Below, piece by piece: positions 22,001-35,786 of a DNA stretch of 38,297 nt. Position 1 is the stretch's first letter. Every line of letters starts with the position of its first letter. The notes under the pieces were generated by a model, which did not search any database, was not told the origin of the DNA, and saw only the letters and a list, made by a program, of their open reading frames with translations. A program made the translations under genes and the position numbers. This stretch comes from Macrostomum lignano (Eukaryota): positions 1 through 38,297 of the forward strand of contig NIVC01004680.1 of NCBI GenBank assembly GCA_002269645.1. Direction: 5' to 3'.

Positions 22001-22466
22001 TTTACAATGTGTCTAAAGATAAGCAGTAATTTTAATCACAAGTCAGTTTTCAGTCATATTCACAGTTAAAGTTCAGTTTTATAAAGTTAAGGCTGGAAAT
22101 TCAGTCATCAAGTGCACATTGCCCCACACACTGCTGAGTTCTTCGCTGGCCTCTGAGACTTTGGCAGACGCTTAGAATTCGACTGCAGCCTCCTCAGCTC
22201 CCGCAGCCCCAGGCAACCTCAGCTGACCCCGAAAAAGAAAACATCAGCCGGAGGGGGCAAACAAACGGCCGAAGAAGCGATGCCGTGATTGAGTGGGGCT
22301 TGGGGCGATCGCGGAGCTTCAAGCTCCGCTGGGAAGAACCGGGACAGCAATTATGCGTTACCCCGGATCCCGGCGGCATCCCCGACCGTCGGGGACTCGG
22401 CTGTTTGCGGATTCCGCTAGGAGCTTCTGAGTGGCGATCAAAGATTATAGCACAGGCCTTCACAAA

Positions 22467-22642
<176 letters not shown>

Positions 22643-23465
22643 AAAGTGTGCTCACCCTTATTTAGTCCCCAGCACTTTAACACCCAGAATGAGCAGCAGC
22701 TAAGAGAGGAAAGGCCTTAACAGGGGCTACAATAGACTGGGCAATGCTGTGAGTTTCATGTATCTTTCGCTTCAACGATCTTCACACGGCTTCCGCTCCG
22801 TGCCATTCTAGGTTAAAACTGCCCGGGTTTTCAATAAAACTTGCTTAAAGTTTAACGAAAAGAAGAGAAATGTGAGCGCAAATCGGGAGTGTTTCGCGTC
22901 TGGATCAGCGAGCCGAAGCGTCTGGACTTCAAGCTGAGTTGGCAGGCCTTGCGATTCCCCAAACAACCCCAAAGAGTGCGCGCGGCGCCTCGAACTTTCA
23001 AATAAACAGCGTCGTAAAGCCGCAGCAGCAGCAGCAGCAGCAACTGCGTGCTGCAGAGAAAGCAGAAGAAAGCCATTTTAGTATCCACCCAGAGTTCCAG
23101 AGCGCGCAACGGTGGAAATGTGTCCCCCCAAAATATTTTTTGCTTGCTGCATCCTCTGCGCCCGGTGCAGCTGCGCAGAAAGCTGCTGGCACAGCGGATC
23201 CCCAGGCCTGCCCGCCCCCGCCCTGGGTGTCCAGCTGGTGCTGATAGCCGCTGGTCTGAAAATGATGCGCTGTCGCTCCAGCCCCGGCTGCCAGGGGGGG
23301 GGAGAGCTCTCGGGTCGGAGGAGAAACCCGAATTGTGGAAAAATATTTACTTAGAAGGAAAAAATTCTACAGGTGCTCCGGGACGGCAGAGAATCGTAAT
23401 TAAGATGAAGTGGAAGCTGCTTCGCTGTGTGGTAAAGTAAATGAGACAGGTTTGACTTCATGGAA

Positions 23466-25816
23466 AAGTCACTCAGCCACAGTCACTCAGACACAGTCAC
23501 TCAGCCACAGTCACTCAGACAGTCACTCAGCACAGTCACTCAGCCACAGTCACTCAGACAGTCACTCAGCCACAGTCACTCAGACACAGTCACTCAGACA
23601 CAGTCACTCAGCACAGTCACTCAGACAGTCACTCAGACAGTCACTCAGACACAGTCACTCAGCCAGTCACTCAGACAGTCACTCAGCCACAGTCACTCAG
23701 ACAGTCACTCAGCCGCAGTCACTCAAACACAGTCACTCAGACAGTCACTCAGCCGCAGTCACTCAGACACAGTCACTCAGACAGTCACTCAGATAGTCAC
23801 TCAGACATAGTCACTCAGCCACAGTCACTCAGACAGTCACTCAGACAGTCACTCAGACACAGTCATTCAGACACAGTCACTCAGCCGCAGTCACTCAGCC
23901 ACAGTCACTCAGACACAGTCACTCAGACACAGTCACTCAGCCACAGTCACTCAGCCACAGTCACTCAGACAGTCACTCAGACACAGTCACTCAGCCAGTC
24001 ACTCAGACAGTCACTCAGCTACAGTCACTCAGACAGTCACTCAGCCGCAGTCACTCAAACACAGTCACTCAGACAGTCACTCAGATAGTCACTCAGACAC
24101 AGTCACTCAGACAGTCACTCAGACAGTCACTCAGCTACAGTCACTCAGACAGTCACTCAGACAGTCACTCAGACAGTCACTCAGACATAGTCACTCAGCC
24201 ACAGTCACTCAGACAGGCACTCAGCTACAGTCACTCAGGCAGTCACTCAGCCACAGTCACTCAGACAGTCACTCAGACAGTCACTCAGATAGTCACTCAG
24301 ACATAGTCACTCAGCCACAGTCACTCAGACAGTCACTCAGACAGTCACTCAGACACAGTCACTCAGCCGCAGTCACTCAAAAACAGTCACTCAGACAGTC
24401 ACTCAGACACAATCACTCAGCCGCAGTCACTCAGACACAGTCACTCAGCCGCAGTCACTCAAACACAGTCACTCAGACAGTCACTCAGACACAATCACTC
24501 AGCCGCAGTCACTCAGACACAGTCACTCAGCCGCAGTCACTCAGACACAGTCACTCAGCCGCAGTCACTCAAACACAGTCACTCAGACAGTCACTCAGAC
24601 ACAATCACTCAGCCGCAGTCACTCAGACACAATCACTCAGCCGCAGTCACTCAGACACAATCACTCAGCCGCAGTCACTCAGACACAGTCACTCAGACGC
24701 AGTCACTCAAACACAGTCACTCAGACAGTCACTCAGACACAATCACTCAGCCGCAGTCACTCAGACACAATCACTCAGCCGCAGTCACTCAGACACAGTC
24801 ACTCAGCCGCAGTCACTCAAACACAGTCACTCAGACAGTCACTCAGACACAATCACTCAGCCACAGTCACTCAGACACAGTCACTCAGCCGCAGTCACTC
24901 AGACAGTCACTCAGCCGCAGTCACTCAAACACAGTCACTCAGCCGCAGTCACTCAAACACAGTCACTCAGACAGTCACTCAGACACAGTCACTCAGCCGC
25001 AGTCACTCAAACACAGTCACTCAGACAGTCACTCAGACACAATCACTCAGACACAATCACTCAGCCACAGTCACTCAGACACAGTCACTCAGACACAGTC
25101 ACTCAGCCGCAGTCACTCAAACACAGTTACTCAGACAGTCACTCAGACACAGTCACTCAGCCGCAGTCACTCAAACACAGTTACTCAGACAGTCACTCAG
25201 ACACAGTCACTCAGACGCAGTCACTCAAACACAGTCACTCAGACAGTCACTCAGACACAATCACTCAGACACAATCACTCAGCCACAGTCACTCAGACAC
25301 AGTCACTCAGACACAGTCACTCAGCCGCAGTCACTCAAACACAGTTACTCAGACAGTCACTCAGACACAGTCACTCAGCCGCAGTCACTCAAACACAGTT
25401 ACTCAGACAGTCACTCAGACACAGTCACTCAGCCGCAGTCACTCAAACACAGTCACTCAGACACAGTCACTCAGACACAGTCACTCAGCCGCAGTCACTC
25501 AGACACAGTCACTCAGACAGTCACTCAGACACAGTCACTCAGACAGTCACTCAAACACAGTTACTCAGACAGTCACTCAGACACAGTCACTCAGCCGCAG
25601 TCACTCAGACAGTCACTCAGACACAGTCACTCAGACGCAGTCACTCAGACAGTCACTCAGACACAGTCACTCAGCCGCAGTCACTCAAACACAGTTACTC
25701 ATACAGTCACTCAGACACAGTCACTCAGCCGCAGTCACTCAGACAGTCACTCAGACACAGTCACTCAGACACAGTCACTCAGACAGTCACTCAGACACAG
25801 TCACTCAGACACAGTC
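23466..25816. repeat. ~2.35-kb compound 11/13-bp satellite (CAGTCACTCAGA / CAGTCACTCAGCCG / CAGTCACTCAAACA)
   Basis: Direct; variant units recur in ordered blocks. Confidence 0.97.
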
Positions 25817-27482
25817 GCAGGGGACACAGGGAACCTTTCGCTAATGAAAAACACAGTTAATCGTTTAACCAAAAAACAGGTGATAAAAAGCGCAGATCCG
25901 GAAACGCGAAGATGTCACAAATGGTGGGGGACGCGTGCGGGGCGGTGGAATCGGGTGCAGATGGGGATCCCAGATTCCGAGGGGTATCGGGTGGTGTTTC
26001 ATTCTGCGGCCCCACTTGAAGGCAGCAAGTTGCGATGCGGCTGTTTCTCACGCCGCCAAGCGAGTTTGTTTATCCGAACCGCACCGCCGCAAGCAAGTGC
26101 GCGAGGAGGACACCGGCAGGACCGGCTGCCTCCCAACTCCAATCGTCGCGCAAAAGTCCAAATATTCGGTCCCGTGGCGGTGGAGTTTTGTTTTACTGCG
26201 TCCCATTTTTGTTATAAACAAATGTCGATTAAGCAATCCGGGGGTTAATGCTTCAAGCTGCTGTACTGACGGTTATTCGAGATCCAAGCTCCGAGCCACC
26301 GATCGGGTTCAAGACTTGACCGATGATCCGGGCTGACCCTGGCTCTGCTCGGCCATGGGAACTCGGCCCTGTCGCTGCCACGTGCCCTGAATGACAGAAC
26401 TGATTCAAAGCGGCCGTGAGCCTCGGCTCCCTCTTTTAATTAATGACGCCCAGCCTTCCTCTTACCCAGGGACAGCGGCAGCTCAGCATCGGAGCCGAGC
26501 GGGAAGAGAAATGGACTTTGAGCGATGGAAACTCCTAGAATGAAGGGAATTCTAGCGCAAATTTCCGATAAAATTCCTTCTTGGGAGAGGACTTTCCAAA
26601 TGCCTATCCGCGTGGGCCCGGACATTCAATCGAGTTTGGCCTCAGCCTCTTTTGTGTCCCCTCCGTCTCACGGCTGGGGCTGGCTGCGCGGCTCCGAGTT
26701 TTATGCGGCGGCGGCCGTCCTCTCTGACTGAGATCGGACTTATCGCTATCCCACGAAGTCCGCGCGCCGCCCGTGTTTCTCTATCGATATTGAGCTCAGC
26801 CAGACCGGCTCCATGATCTATGATTTATTGCCAGCTGAGTAAATTGCAATCTCTCTAGTCTCCATTTATTCATCAGTAGCTGCGGTGGTTGTAGCGGCGC
26901 AAACTGGATCGATAATGGATCGATAAAGGAGTGAGGTGGACGGCCTAGGGAGGAGGGCGGTTGTACATGTACATTGCGAATGCACATTGATTCAGTTGAT
27001 GGGTTGAATGGCAGAGGGTGGGGCGATTTAATTTGGGTTCCGGGGTGCTTTCCACCGCCCACTGTGTTTAAGGTGGGTCCCGGCGCGCACTTGTCTCGGG
27101 GCTTGGTGCGCCGCGGCCTAGGCGGGGGTGGGTGTCAGTGAGGGCTTTCGTGCTTTGTACCCGCCTCGCACTGTCTCGCTTCGCTGGGCTTGCGTAGAAC
27201 GCACATTGATTCAATCGATGGGGGAATGGCGGAGGGTAGGGAATGATTTACTAGAATTTGGGGTTCAACACAGAACGCTGTATTGAGGGTGAACCAGACC
27301 CCAGGGCGCTGAGAATGTACATTGTGTTGACAATGAAAAAACGCGTACGCTGCGGAATAGGCCTGGCTGCCCAATTATTGCCTCCTTGCTGGCTGGCAGC
27401 ACTCACAGCCCTCACTCAAACTAACTGACCAAGCTCGCCAGGCCAAACTGAGATGCCTGCGTCGAGGGCTCTTTGAGCTCAC

Positions 27483-27751
27483 CCGTTACGGCCCCGCCTA
27501 GAAAGCCGACGGCCACCACCACCGCTGCCGCTTGTCGATCGTCCACTTGGCGGATCACCTGGCGTGGCAGCGGCATTTTCGGCCGAGTCGGCAATGCTCT
27601 CGGCAGCAGTGACCGCCGCGGCGGCTGCCTCGGCCTCCTCCTGATCCTGGTCCGTCTCCACCAGGAAGACGGCGGCATTTCGACGCGTCCGAAATCGGCT
27701 GGGAGACGGCGGCGCGTTCTTGTCCGAGCCGTGGAGATGCTGCTTGTCCAT
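27483..27751 (-). CDS. Candidate first coding exon A (MDKQHLHGSDKNAPPSPSRFRTRRNAAVFLVETDQDQEE...RRGRNG)
   Basis: ATG in AACAAGATGG context with an upstream in-frame stop; donor GG|GTGAGC, phase 2, compatible with exon 21542. Confidence 0.55.
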
Positions 27752-28130
27752 CTTGTTGGGATCCGCGGGACTTCTGCCGGCTCAACAGTCTTGCCGGCCT
27801 GCCACTTCTCGGGATATTTTCCCCATTGCAGCGCCGGGAATGGGGCTGAGGCGGTCCGGGATTGGGCTCCTGTCTGGCTTTGTGGGATTGGACCAGGCGC
27901 GCCGGAAATTCCGCACATTCCTGCGGCCCTCTGGGAAGCCACGGAGGCCTTTCAAGGGATGCCAGAGCGATGCGTGGGAAATGGAATGTGACGGGGCTGA
28001 CATGACTGTCCCTGTTTCACTGTTGGGATTGGCTGGCTGTTTGTAGCAAAATGCTAGTTTAGGACATTTATGAGGGCTGAACTACCCCAGCCCCAAGCTG
28101 TACCATGCCCTCACTAAATACTTCGCTGTC

Positions 28131-28388
28131 TACCTCACTGACTGCCTCACTGCCTGCCTCACTGCCTGCCTCACTGCCTGCCTCACTGCCTGCCTCACTG
28201 ACTGCCTCACTGTCTGCCTCACTGCCTGTCTCACTGCCTGCCTGCCTCACTGCCTGCCTCACTGCCTGCCTCACTGCCTGCCTCATTGCCTGCCTCACTG
28301 CCTGCCTCACTGTCTGCCTGCCTCACTGCCTGCCTCACTGCCTGCCTCACTGCCTGCCTCATTGCCTGCCTCACTGCCTGCCTCACCA
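28131..28388. repeat. (CTGCCTCA/CTGC)n 8-12-bp repeat
   Basis: Direct. Confidence 0.95.
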
Positions 28389-28636
28389 CTTCAAGGATGA
28401 CTAAAGTAGCGTCTAGAAAGTGGTTAAGTAGTCCATCAGTTCTTCCCTCACTGCCTTCCTCACAAGAAAGCTCAAATTTTAATTCAGATAAACGGCCTGC
28501 TGATGACTGCTGAGGTAAAACTTATATGAAGTATAGACTTTAAAAACACGATGCCCTACTTATTTGTTTGTGGTTGGTTAAACAGTAGTATGTATTGCAA
28601 ATGCTCTATTTTTTCCAAATCTTTTTATTGCTGACT

Positions 28637-29213
<577 letters not shown>

Positions 29214-29790
29214 CGATAAAAATTGCCGCGAATCCCAGCACCAAGTTGTCTTATCTGCCTTAGGCCACGGGGGCTCACCTATCGCATGCGGCTGTTGAGC
29301 TAATCCTCCCAGCCCTTAATCCCCATGGAAGCGGAATAGGTATTCTGTGAGTTGCCAGGCGCCGGTTATTCCCAGCTGATTAGCTGTCCAACCGGGCGAG
29401 CAGAACCCTCTCTGCCCACTGAAGCAGTCCACGGGGGGGGGGCTTTGCAGTTCTCAGCTGAGCTCTGGCGTGAAAGGCAAAAAATCATCATTTAAGAAGA
29501 ATTTGTGAAGAGGCAGCCCGTCCTCCGGACTCTCTAGCAATCGCCTATTATTGCCTGTTAGTGACTGCGTGCTGTTCTTTGGGGATATCCGGAAAATAAA
29601 TTAATAACCAGCTAATATAATTAGGCTTCAGGGAGTTGGGAGATAATGATGATTGGGAAATGGGAGATCTATTTTTCTGACTTTAAATATCAGCAGCAGC
29701 AGCAGCACCTGAAGTTTGAACTTAAATTTTTAAAAAAGCAAATTCGCTAATGTCTTACCCATAAAATTAATGAGTCAGGAAGTGAAAGCG

Positions 29791-29970
29791 GCGGTAGATA
29801 TGGTGGTAGATATATTGGTAGGTATGGCGGTAGGTATGGCGGTAGATATGGCGGTAGATATGGCGGTAGATATGGCGGTAGATATGGCGGTAGATATACT
29901 CGTAGCGGTAGATATGGCGGTAGATATGGCTGGTAGATATGGCGGTAGATATACTCGTAGTGGTAGATAT
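29791..29970. repeat. 12-bp repeat (ATATGGCGGTAG)n
   Basis: Direct. Confidence 0.92.
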
Positions 29971-30287
29971 AACAGTACCGACAGACATGGTGACGAAAGT
30001 GGTGCAAGAAGTGGCGCCCAAACGACAAGGGAGAGCCCAGAGAATGGCGCAAGAACCTGTACGCCAAAAGTTGCTACACTGCCTGGGAGTATCTCTGCGC
30101 TCGAACTTGAACTTTAGTTTATGACCCATTAACTGAAGTCACGATAGTACGAACTTGACGCGAACTTGAAACTTGAAGGGCGTTAAGTACGCTTGACCCC
30201 TATAAAATACACCAGGATGAGTCGAAACTGCCAGGAGGCCCGAGGCCGCCGCTAGCCCTCACTAAGCGGCTCGAGTCTGCGTCTCAC

Positions 30288-30490
30288 TTTCTACTGCGGC
30301 TGTCAGCGGCCGCCGCCTCGGCCTCTCGCTCGGCCGAGTCACCGCTGGCCGCGTAGTCCAGATAGAGGCTCCACAGCGACGCTGATACGTCCTCGAAGAA
30401 GCTGCCGCTGTCGCTGAGGGAGCCGCAGCTGCTGGCGGAGAGGCTGTGGTTCGAGGCAGACTTGCTGATGCGGCTCTTGCAGGTCGGCAT
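30288..30490 (-). CDS. Candidate first coding exon B (MPTCKSRISKSASNHSLSASS...AAADSRSRK)
   Basis: ATG in AACATG context; 67 codons +2; donor AA|GTGAGA, phase 2; GC-rich coding-like sequence. Confidence 0.55.
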
Positions 30491-31530
30491 GTTAGGACGC
30501 GAGCCGGGGGTTGGGGGACTCAGACGAGGAGACCGCAGATGGAGGGCGAATAAATGGCAAGGATTTCTGGGAGAACCGCTGTTTGTTATACGCGTGCCGG
30601 AGGCGAGGGGGGGTTCGGCAGAGGAAGGGAAACCCGGGGGAAGGGAGATGGGGATTTTTGTCCCATCTTGGCTGGGAATGATGCTTGGAGCACAGGCCGT
30701 GAGGAGTTTGTGCGAGATTTGAGCCAGGCTGGGGCTCTCGGAGGCGCCGATGACCAATGATTGTACATCTGGCAGCCTCCGCCCCGCTCGCACGCGAGTT
30801 ATTCATTCCATAGATGCTGAGCCATCAGTGTTTGGGGATGGGGCAGCCAGTCAGAGCGTGACACCTTCCATATTCAGAATGATGGAGCGGCCGCATTGTA
30901 GTCAGTGATGGATGCCCGACAACAGCTCCCGCCATTTTCTGCGACAGATCTCAGCAGCAGACATGAATCAAGTGCAAATTGCTGCCAAGACACTTGAATT
31001 TCCATCTTACTTACTAGTAGTAGGCAGTAGAGCATTTCAACTGTAGGATTTATTTGTGAAGTAGACTGTGAAATAGGCATAACGCTAATGAATAGCGGTT
31101 TCTATATTATGAGAAACCAGTCGATGCGAAATTATTCTGGAGATTAATTAAGATGTCCGAGCTTTCCGAGCAAAATAGCTGGGGATTAAATCTCGTAATA
31201 AACTTCTCCGGATTCTGCACCCGCCTACGCGCACACAAAAAGACTTGAGCAGAAATTCTTGCCTAAGCTGAAATCCTCATTGAACAGGCGGACAGGTGAT
31301 GCGCAACCGCGATGAGCTCTTCATGAAGGAGAAAAAGAAAGTAAAAGATGAACTTCTTTTCAAGTCGGGGCAACGCGTCATGCTTGAGACAAGTGCTGCC
31401 CTCTTAATTGAGGCTGAGTCGCGTGATTTTTGAGTTACAATTTGAACTCATGGACAGCTGCATTCCAAGGGAGTCAGACTTAATTAAGAGGCAGGTGAGC
31501 CTGGTGAGGCAGGCCAGAGCATGTAGGAGC

Positions 31531-32280
31531 TATGGGGAGATAGGGAGATGGGGATATGGGGAGATGGGAATATGGGAATATGGGGATATGGGGACATGGG
31601 AATGTGGGGGGATGGGGAGATGGGAATATGGGAATATGGGGATATGGGGAGATGTGAGGATACGGAGATGGGAATATGGGAATATGGAGAGATGGGAATA
31701 TGGGGAGATAGGAATATGGGAATATGGGGATATGGGGGATGAGGAGATGGGGAGATGGGAATATGGGAGATAGGAATATGGGGAGATAGGAATATGGGAA
31801 TATGGGGAGATGGGAATATGGGGAGATAGGAATATGGGAATATGGGAATATTGGGGATGAGGAGATGGGGAGATGGGAATATGGGGAGATAGGAATATGG
31901 GAATATGGGGATATGGGGAGATGGGAATATGGGGATATGGGAATATGGGGAGATGGGAATATGGGGATATGGGGATATGGGAATATGGGGAGATGGGAAT
32001 ATGGGGATATGGGGAGATGGGAATATAGGGAGATGGGAATATGGGGAGATAGGAATATGGGAATATGGGGATATGGGGAGATGGGGAGATGGGAAGATGG
32101 GGAGATGGGAATATGGGGAGATGGGAATATGGGGAGATGGCAGATGGAAGATGGGGAGAAAGGGAGATGGGAAGATGGGGAGATGGCAGATGGGAAGATG
32201 GGGAGATGGGGAGATGGGAAGATGGGGAGATGGCAGATGGAAGATGGGGAGAAAGGGAGATGGGAAGATGGGGAGATGAG
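31531..32280. repeat. Purine/G-rich compound repeat (GGGAGAT/GGGAATAT/GGGGATAT)
   Basis: Direct; strongly strand-asymmetric with almost no C on +. Confidence 0.93.
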
Positions 32281-33104
32281 AGAATAGGGATCTGGGGGAT
32301 GGTAAGAAGAGGAGCTGGGAAGATGGGAATTAAGTACGTGAGAGATGCAGAGGTGCGCAGAGCACGGAGAGACAGGGCGGTGCGGAGGCGGCGGTCCGGG
32401 GGCAATTCTTGTATCTGATTAGCCGCTGGTCTGATTGACTCCGGCGGGATGCCGTGCACTGCAGCAAATGAATGGAGCGGGACGGAGGGCAAGGATGGCG
32501 GCGGCGGGGAGGGACGGAGGGCCCCTTGGGCTGCAGGAACAGAAAAGGAGATGATTTGGTGGGAGATGAGGCCCAGCTTCCCAACCCGGAAGAGCCACCC
32601 GGAGAACGGAGGCTCGGGGGGGGGGTCAAGCTTGGCTTCACAATGGAGTGGCTGGAGGGCCTCTCAGCTCGAATCAGCAGTCCGTTGCAACGCGGCTTGA
32701 GCTGGGGAGATGGGGCGAGAGGGGAAGGACGGGGCAGAGACTTTCACGGACTCCGCGGCTCCCCTAGTGAAAGAAAGTTCTCATAGGTTCTCATTATTTC
32801 CTAAACCAGATCGAATTGCCAGATCACAGCACGGTCACAAGAATTTGCTTTTAGAAGGAAGAGCTGAATTAGGTGGCAGCGAAGTTTGCAACTTTTTCGT
32901 AAGAATTTTTCAGGAAAATCGAGCGGCAATGGGTGTCGGATTTCCAAGATCGATGGGCGGCGTGTGGGAGCGCTGGCTGCTTTCTCACGCCTTGAGTGAG
33001 ATTACAAGCGGCTGTGGCAGCCCGCGAGCTAGAATGAGATTTGATGGCTCCCGGAAGGATCGGGACAGCTTCTGAAGAATTGGGAGGTCAGGGTGGAGTT
33101 CAGG

Positions 33105-33730
33105 GTGGTCCCTGAATGATTGGGTGATCCCTGAAGGATCAGGCGGTCCCTGAAGGATTGGGCGGTCACTGAAGTATTGGGTGGTCCCTGAAGTTATTGG
33201 GCGGTCCTTAAAGGATTGGGCGGCCCCTGAAGGATTGGGCGGTCCTTGAAGGATTGGGCGGCCCCTGAAGGATTGGGCGGTCCTTGAAGGATTGGGTGGT
33301 CCTTAAAGGATTGGGTTGTCCCTGAAGGATCGGGTTGTACCTGAAAGATCGGGCGGACCCTGAAGGATCGGGCGGTCCCTAAAGGATAAAACGGTTCCTG
33401 AAGGATGAGGCGGTTGCTGAAGGATTGAACGGCCCCTGTAGGATTGGGTGGTCCTTGAAGGATTGGTTTGCCCTGAAGGATCGGGTTGTCCCTGAAAGAT
33501 CAGGCGGACCCTGAAGGATCGGGCGGTCCCTAAAGGATAAAACGGTCCCTGAAGGATTGGGCGGTCCCTGAAGGATTGGGAGGTCCTTGAAGGGTCGATG
33601 CGGTCCCTGAAGAAAATTCCCTGAAGGATCGGCGGTCTCTGAAGGGTCGGTGCGGTCCCTGAAGAAAATTCCCTGAAGGATCGGGCGGTCTCTGAAGGGT
33701 CGGTGCGGTCCCTGAAGAAAATTCCCTGAA
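33105..33730. repeat. 19-bp degenerate minisatellite (CCCTGAAGGATTGGGCGGT) with higher-order blocks
   Basis: Direct period ~19. Confidence 0.9.
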
Positions 33731-34278
33731 GCCCCGTTGCCAAAAACTCCCCAAGCAGGAGCGGCTCCACTTGTCCCCTAACCGAGGCAGCAGCAGCAAC
33801 AACTATCCCCCCTCCCATATCTTGCCGATATCTGCATCTGCACAAATATTAATATTTTGTCGTTGCCAGGGGAAATTCCGGCACCCGACCCCGGCTGAGG
33901 AAAGTCACTTGAATTCCCAGTAATTTTTGCATTCAGTAAAATACGCTTAGAGGCAGACAGACGGGCGATGAGGAAGTTGAGGGAATTGAGGAATTTTCTC
34001 CCACGGCCTGCCTGGCTGCCAGCAATAAATGGGAAATGAAGAGGCAGGCAGAAAATTACGATAAAGGGACGAGTCTTCTGCTTTTTGTGGTCCAGTTGCT
34101 TAATATCTGAGTCTGTCACTCCGTCAGTTATTCGTAGTTTCCCACTTATCAACAACAAGCCGCTCCTGACCTTCCATGACCTTCCCTGATGCCGAATGTT
34201 GACGAGTTCCGAGGATGTTTTAAATCTAAGCTACTCAACGCCCCTCAGCGCCCCTCCATTCCCAGCGGCCCTTCTCAC

Positions 34279-34577
34279 TCGTCCAGCAGCGCTTTCTCGC
34301 GCGAGTGGCTCCGCCCGGAGTCCACAGACTCGGTCCGCTCCCGGCTGGTGCCGCCGAGGCCGGAGCCGCCACCCACCGAGGACTGGCCGCTGTCGGTGCT
34401 CGCCTGCCTGCCGCCGAGACCGCCGGCCGCCCCGCCTCCGGTTGCAGCCGCCGCGGCCTGGATGGCCCATTCGCATTCCGTTGACCAATCGCCGCTGCCG
34501 CCGCAGCTGCCGCCTCTGAGCAGATGCTTGGCTGCCAGGAGCTTGGCCATGGAGCTGCTCGAGTGCGGTCTTCCCAT
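34279..34577 (-). CDS. Candidate first coding exon C (MGRPHSSSSMAKLLAAKHLLRGG...REKALLDE)
   Basis: In-frame ATGs at 34643, 34577 and 34550; donor GA|GTGAGA, phase 2; GC-rich coding-like sequence. Confidence 0.55.
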
Positions 34578-34666
34578 CGGTTGACGCAGAGCTTCAAGGC
34601 TTTTTATTGACAACCCGGGCCTCGCCCACCCGGAGATTCCCATTGGCCAACTGTCCCAGCCGTGTG

Positions 34667-34672
<6 letters not shown>

Positions 34673-34728
<56 letters not shown>
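34673..34728. repeat. (GA)n tract just upstream of candidate first exon C
   Basis: ~28 GA units. Confidence 0.97.
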
Positions 34729-34731
<3 letters not shown>

Positions 34732-35469
34732 CTGCTGTCCCGTGCTCATCTGTCCGCAAGCCCGGGGCATAAATATTGAAGCAACCAGCCTTCAAACTTC
34801 AGCCGGCTTGGAATTGATAATCGAGCCGCGAAGTCCCGGTTTCCCGCGGCTTGACCCCCCCCCCCCGCCCTGGCCTCTCTGTTCTCCTTCTCAGAAGCTG
34901 GGAGCTCGATAAGTCTCGAATCTCCACCGCGCCTGTTGTCAAGAACTGCGAGTTTCTGCGGCTCGCGGATACAATAACAGCGGAGGGCATGATAGCAGCT
35001 CATTATGATAGCAGCTTATTACTCGAACTCAGCCGTGGGAATTCTCGCCGAGGCAATCAGTCGGATTCGAGTTTCGGCGCCCCACCCCCTCTCTCTAAAC
35101 TCCCGGCAAAAGGAGTTGTGGGAAGTCGGAGCCAGGGAAATAAGTAAGGGAAAATGAGAAGAGAAGCCCCCTGCCCTTCCTTGCCGGTCTCTTTGAGTGG
35201 CTCGAACTGCGGGACCCGCCCGGCTGTTTTTGAGGCACTCCAGCGAGAAATGAAATGTTCCCGGAGCCTCGGGGGCGCCGCGCGGAGGCCTCCGTGCTTA
35301 AACCTCGCCGGTAAGGCGGATTTTCTACTGTAGGAAATGCGTGTAATCACGGTGAGTAATGCGCCAGACCAGCTCCCCTGATGAGGATTTGTGCCGGATA
35401 ATATCGCCAATCACTTCCCCTATCCGTTTCTGCTGAAAGGCCTCACTGATCCGCCACCGAGGGCCCTGG

Positions 35470-35786
35470 TGAACCTAAACTGACCCGTCTGACCTAAACT
35501 GACTCGTCTGACCTAAACTGACCCGTCTGACCTAAACTGACCCGTCTGACCTAAACTGACCCGCCTGACCTAAACTGACCGTCTGACCTAAACTGACCCG
35601 TCTGACCTAAACTGACCCGTCTGACCTAAACTGACCCGTCTGACCTAAACTGACGCGCCTGACCTAAACTGACCCGTCTGACCTAAACTGACCGCCTGAC
35701 CTAAACTGACCCGCCTGACCTAAACTGACCCGCCTGACCTAAACTGACCCGTCTGACCTAAACTGACCGGACTGAACCTAAACTGA
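35470..35786. repeat. 19-bp minisatellite (CTGACCTAAACTGACCCGT)
   Basis: Direct period 19. Confidence 0.95.

Noticed and set aside
23085-23258. Candidate exon after a ttttcag acceptor (DPLCQQLSAQLHRAQRMQQAK)
   Set aside because: Only a weak phase-1 donor (GTGGAT), incompatible with the phase-2 chain.
31408-32418. GEMGRWEY / PHLPIS repeat ORFs
   Set aside because: Translations of the G-rich repeat; no splice-supported link to any gene.
32335-32460. Possible extra upstream exon (VHGIPPESIRPAANQIQELPPDRRLRTALSLRALRTSASL)
   Set aside because: No ATG in frame, acceptor would be phase 1, and the donor (GTACTT) is weak; it cannot be placed in the model.
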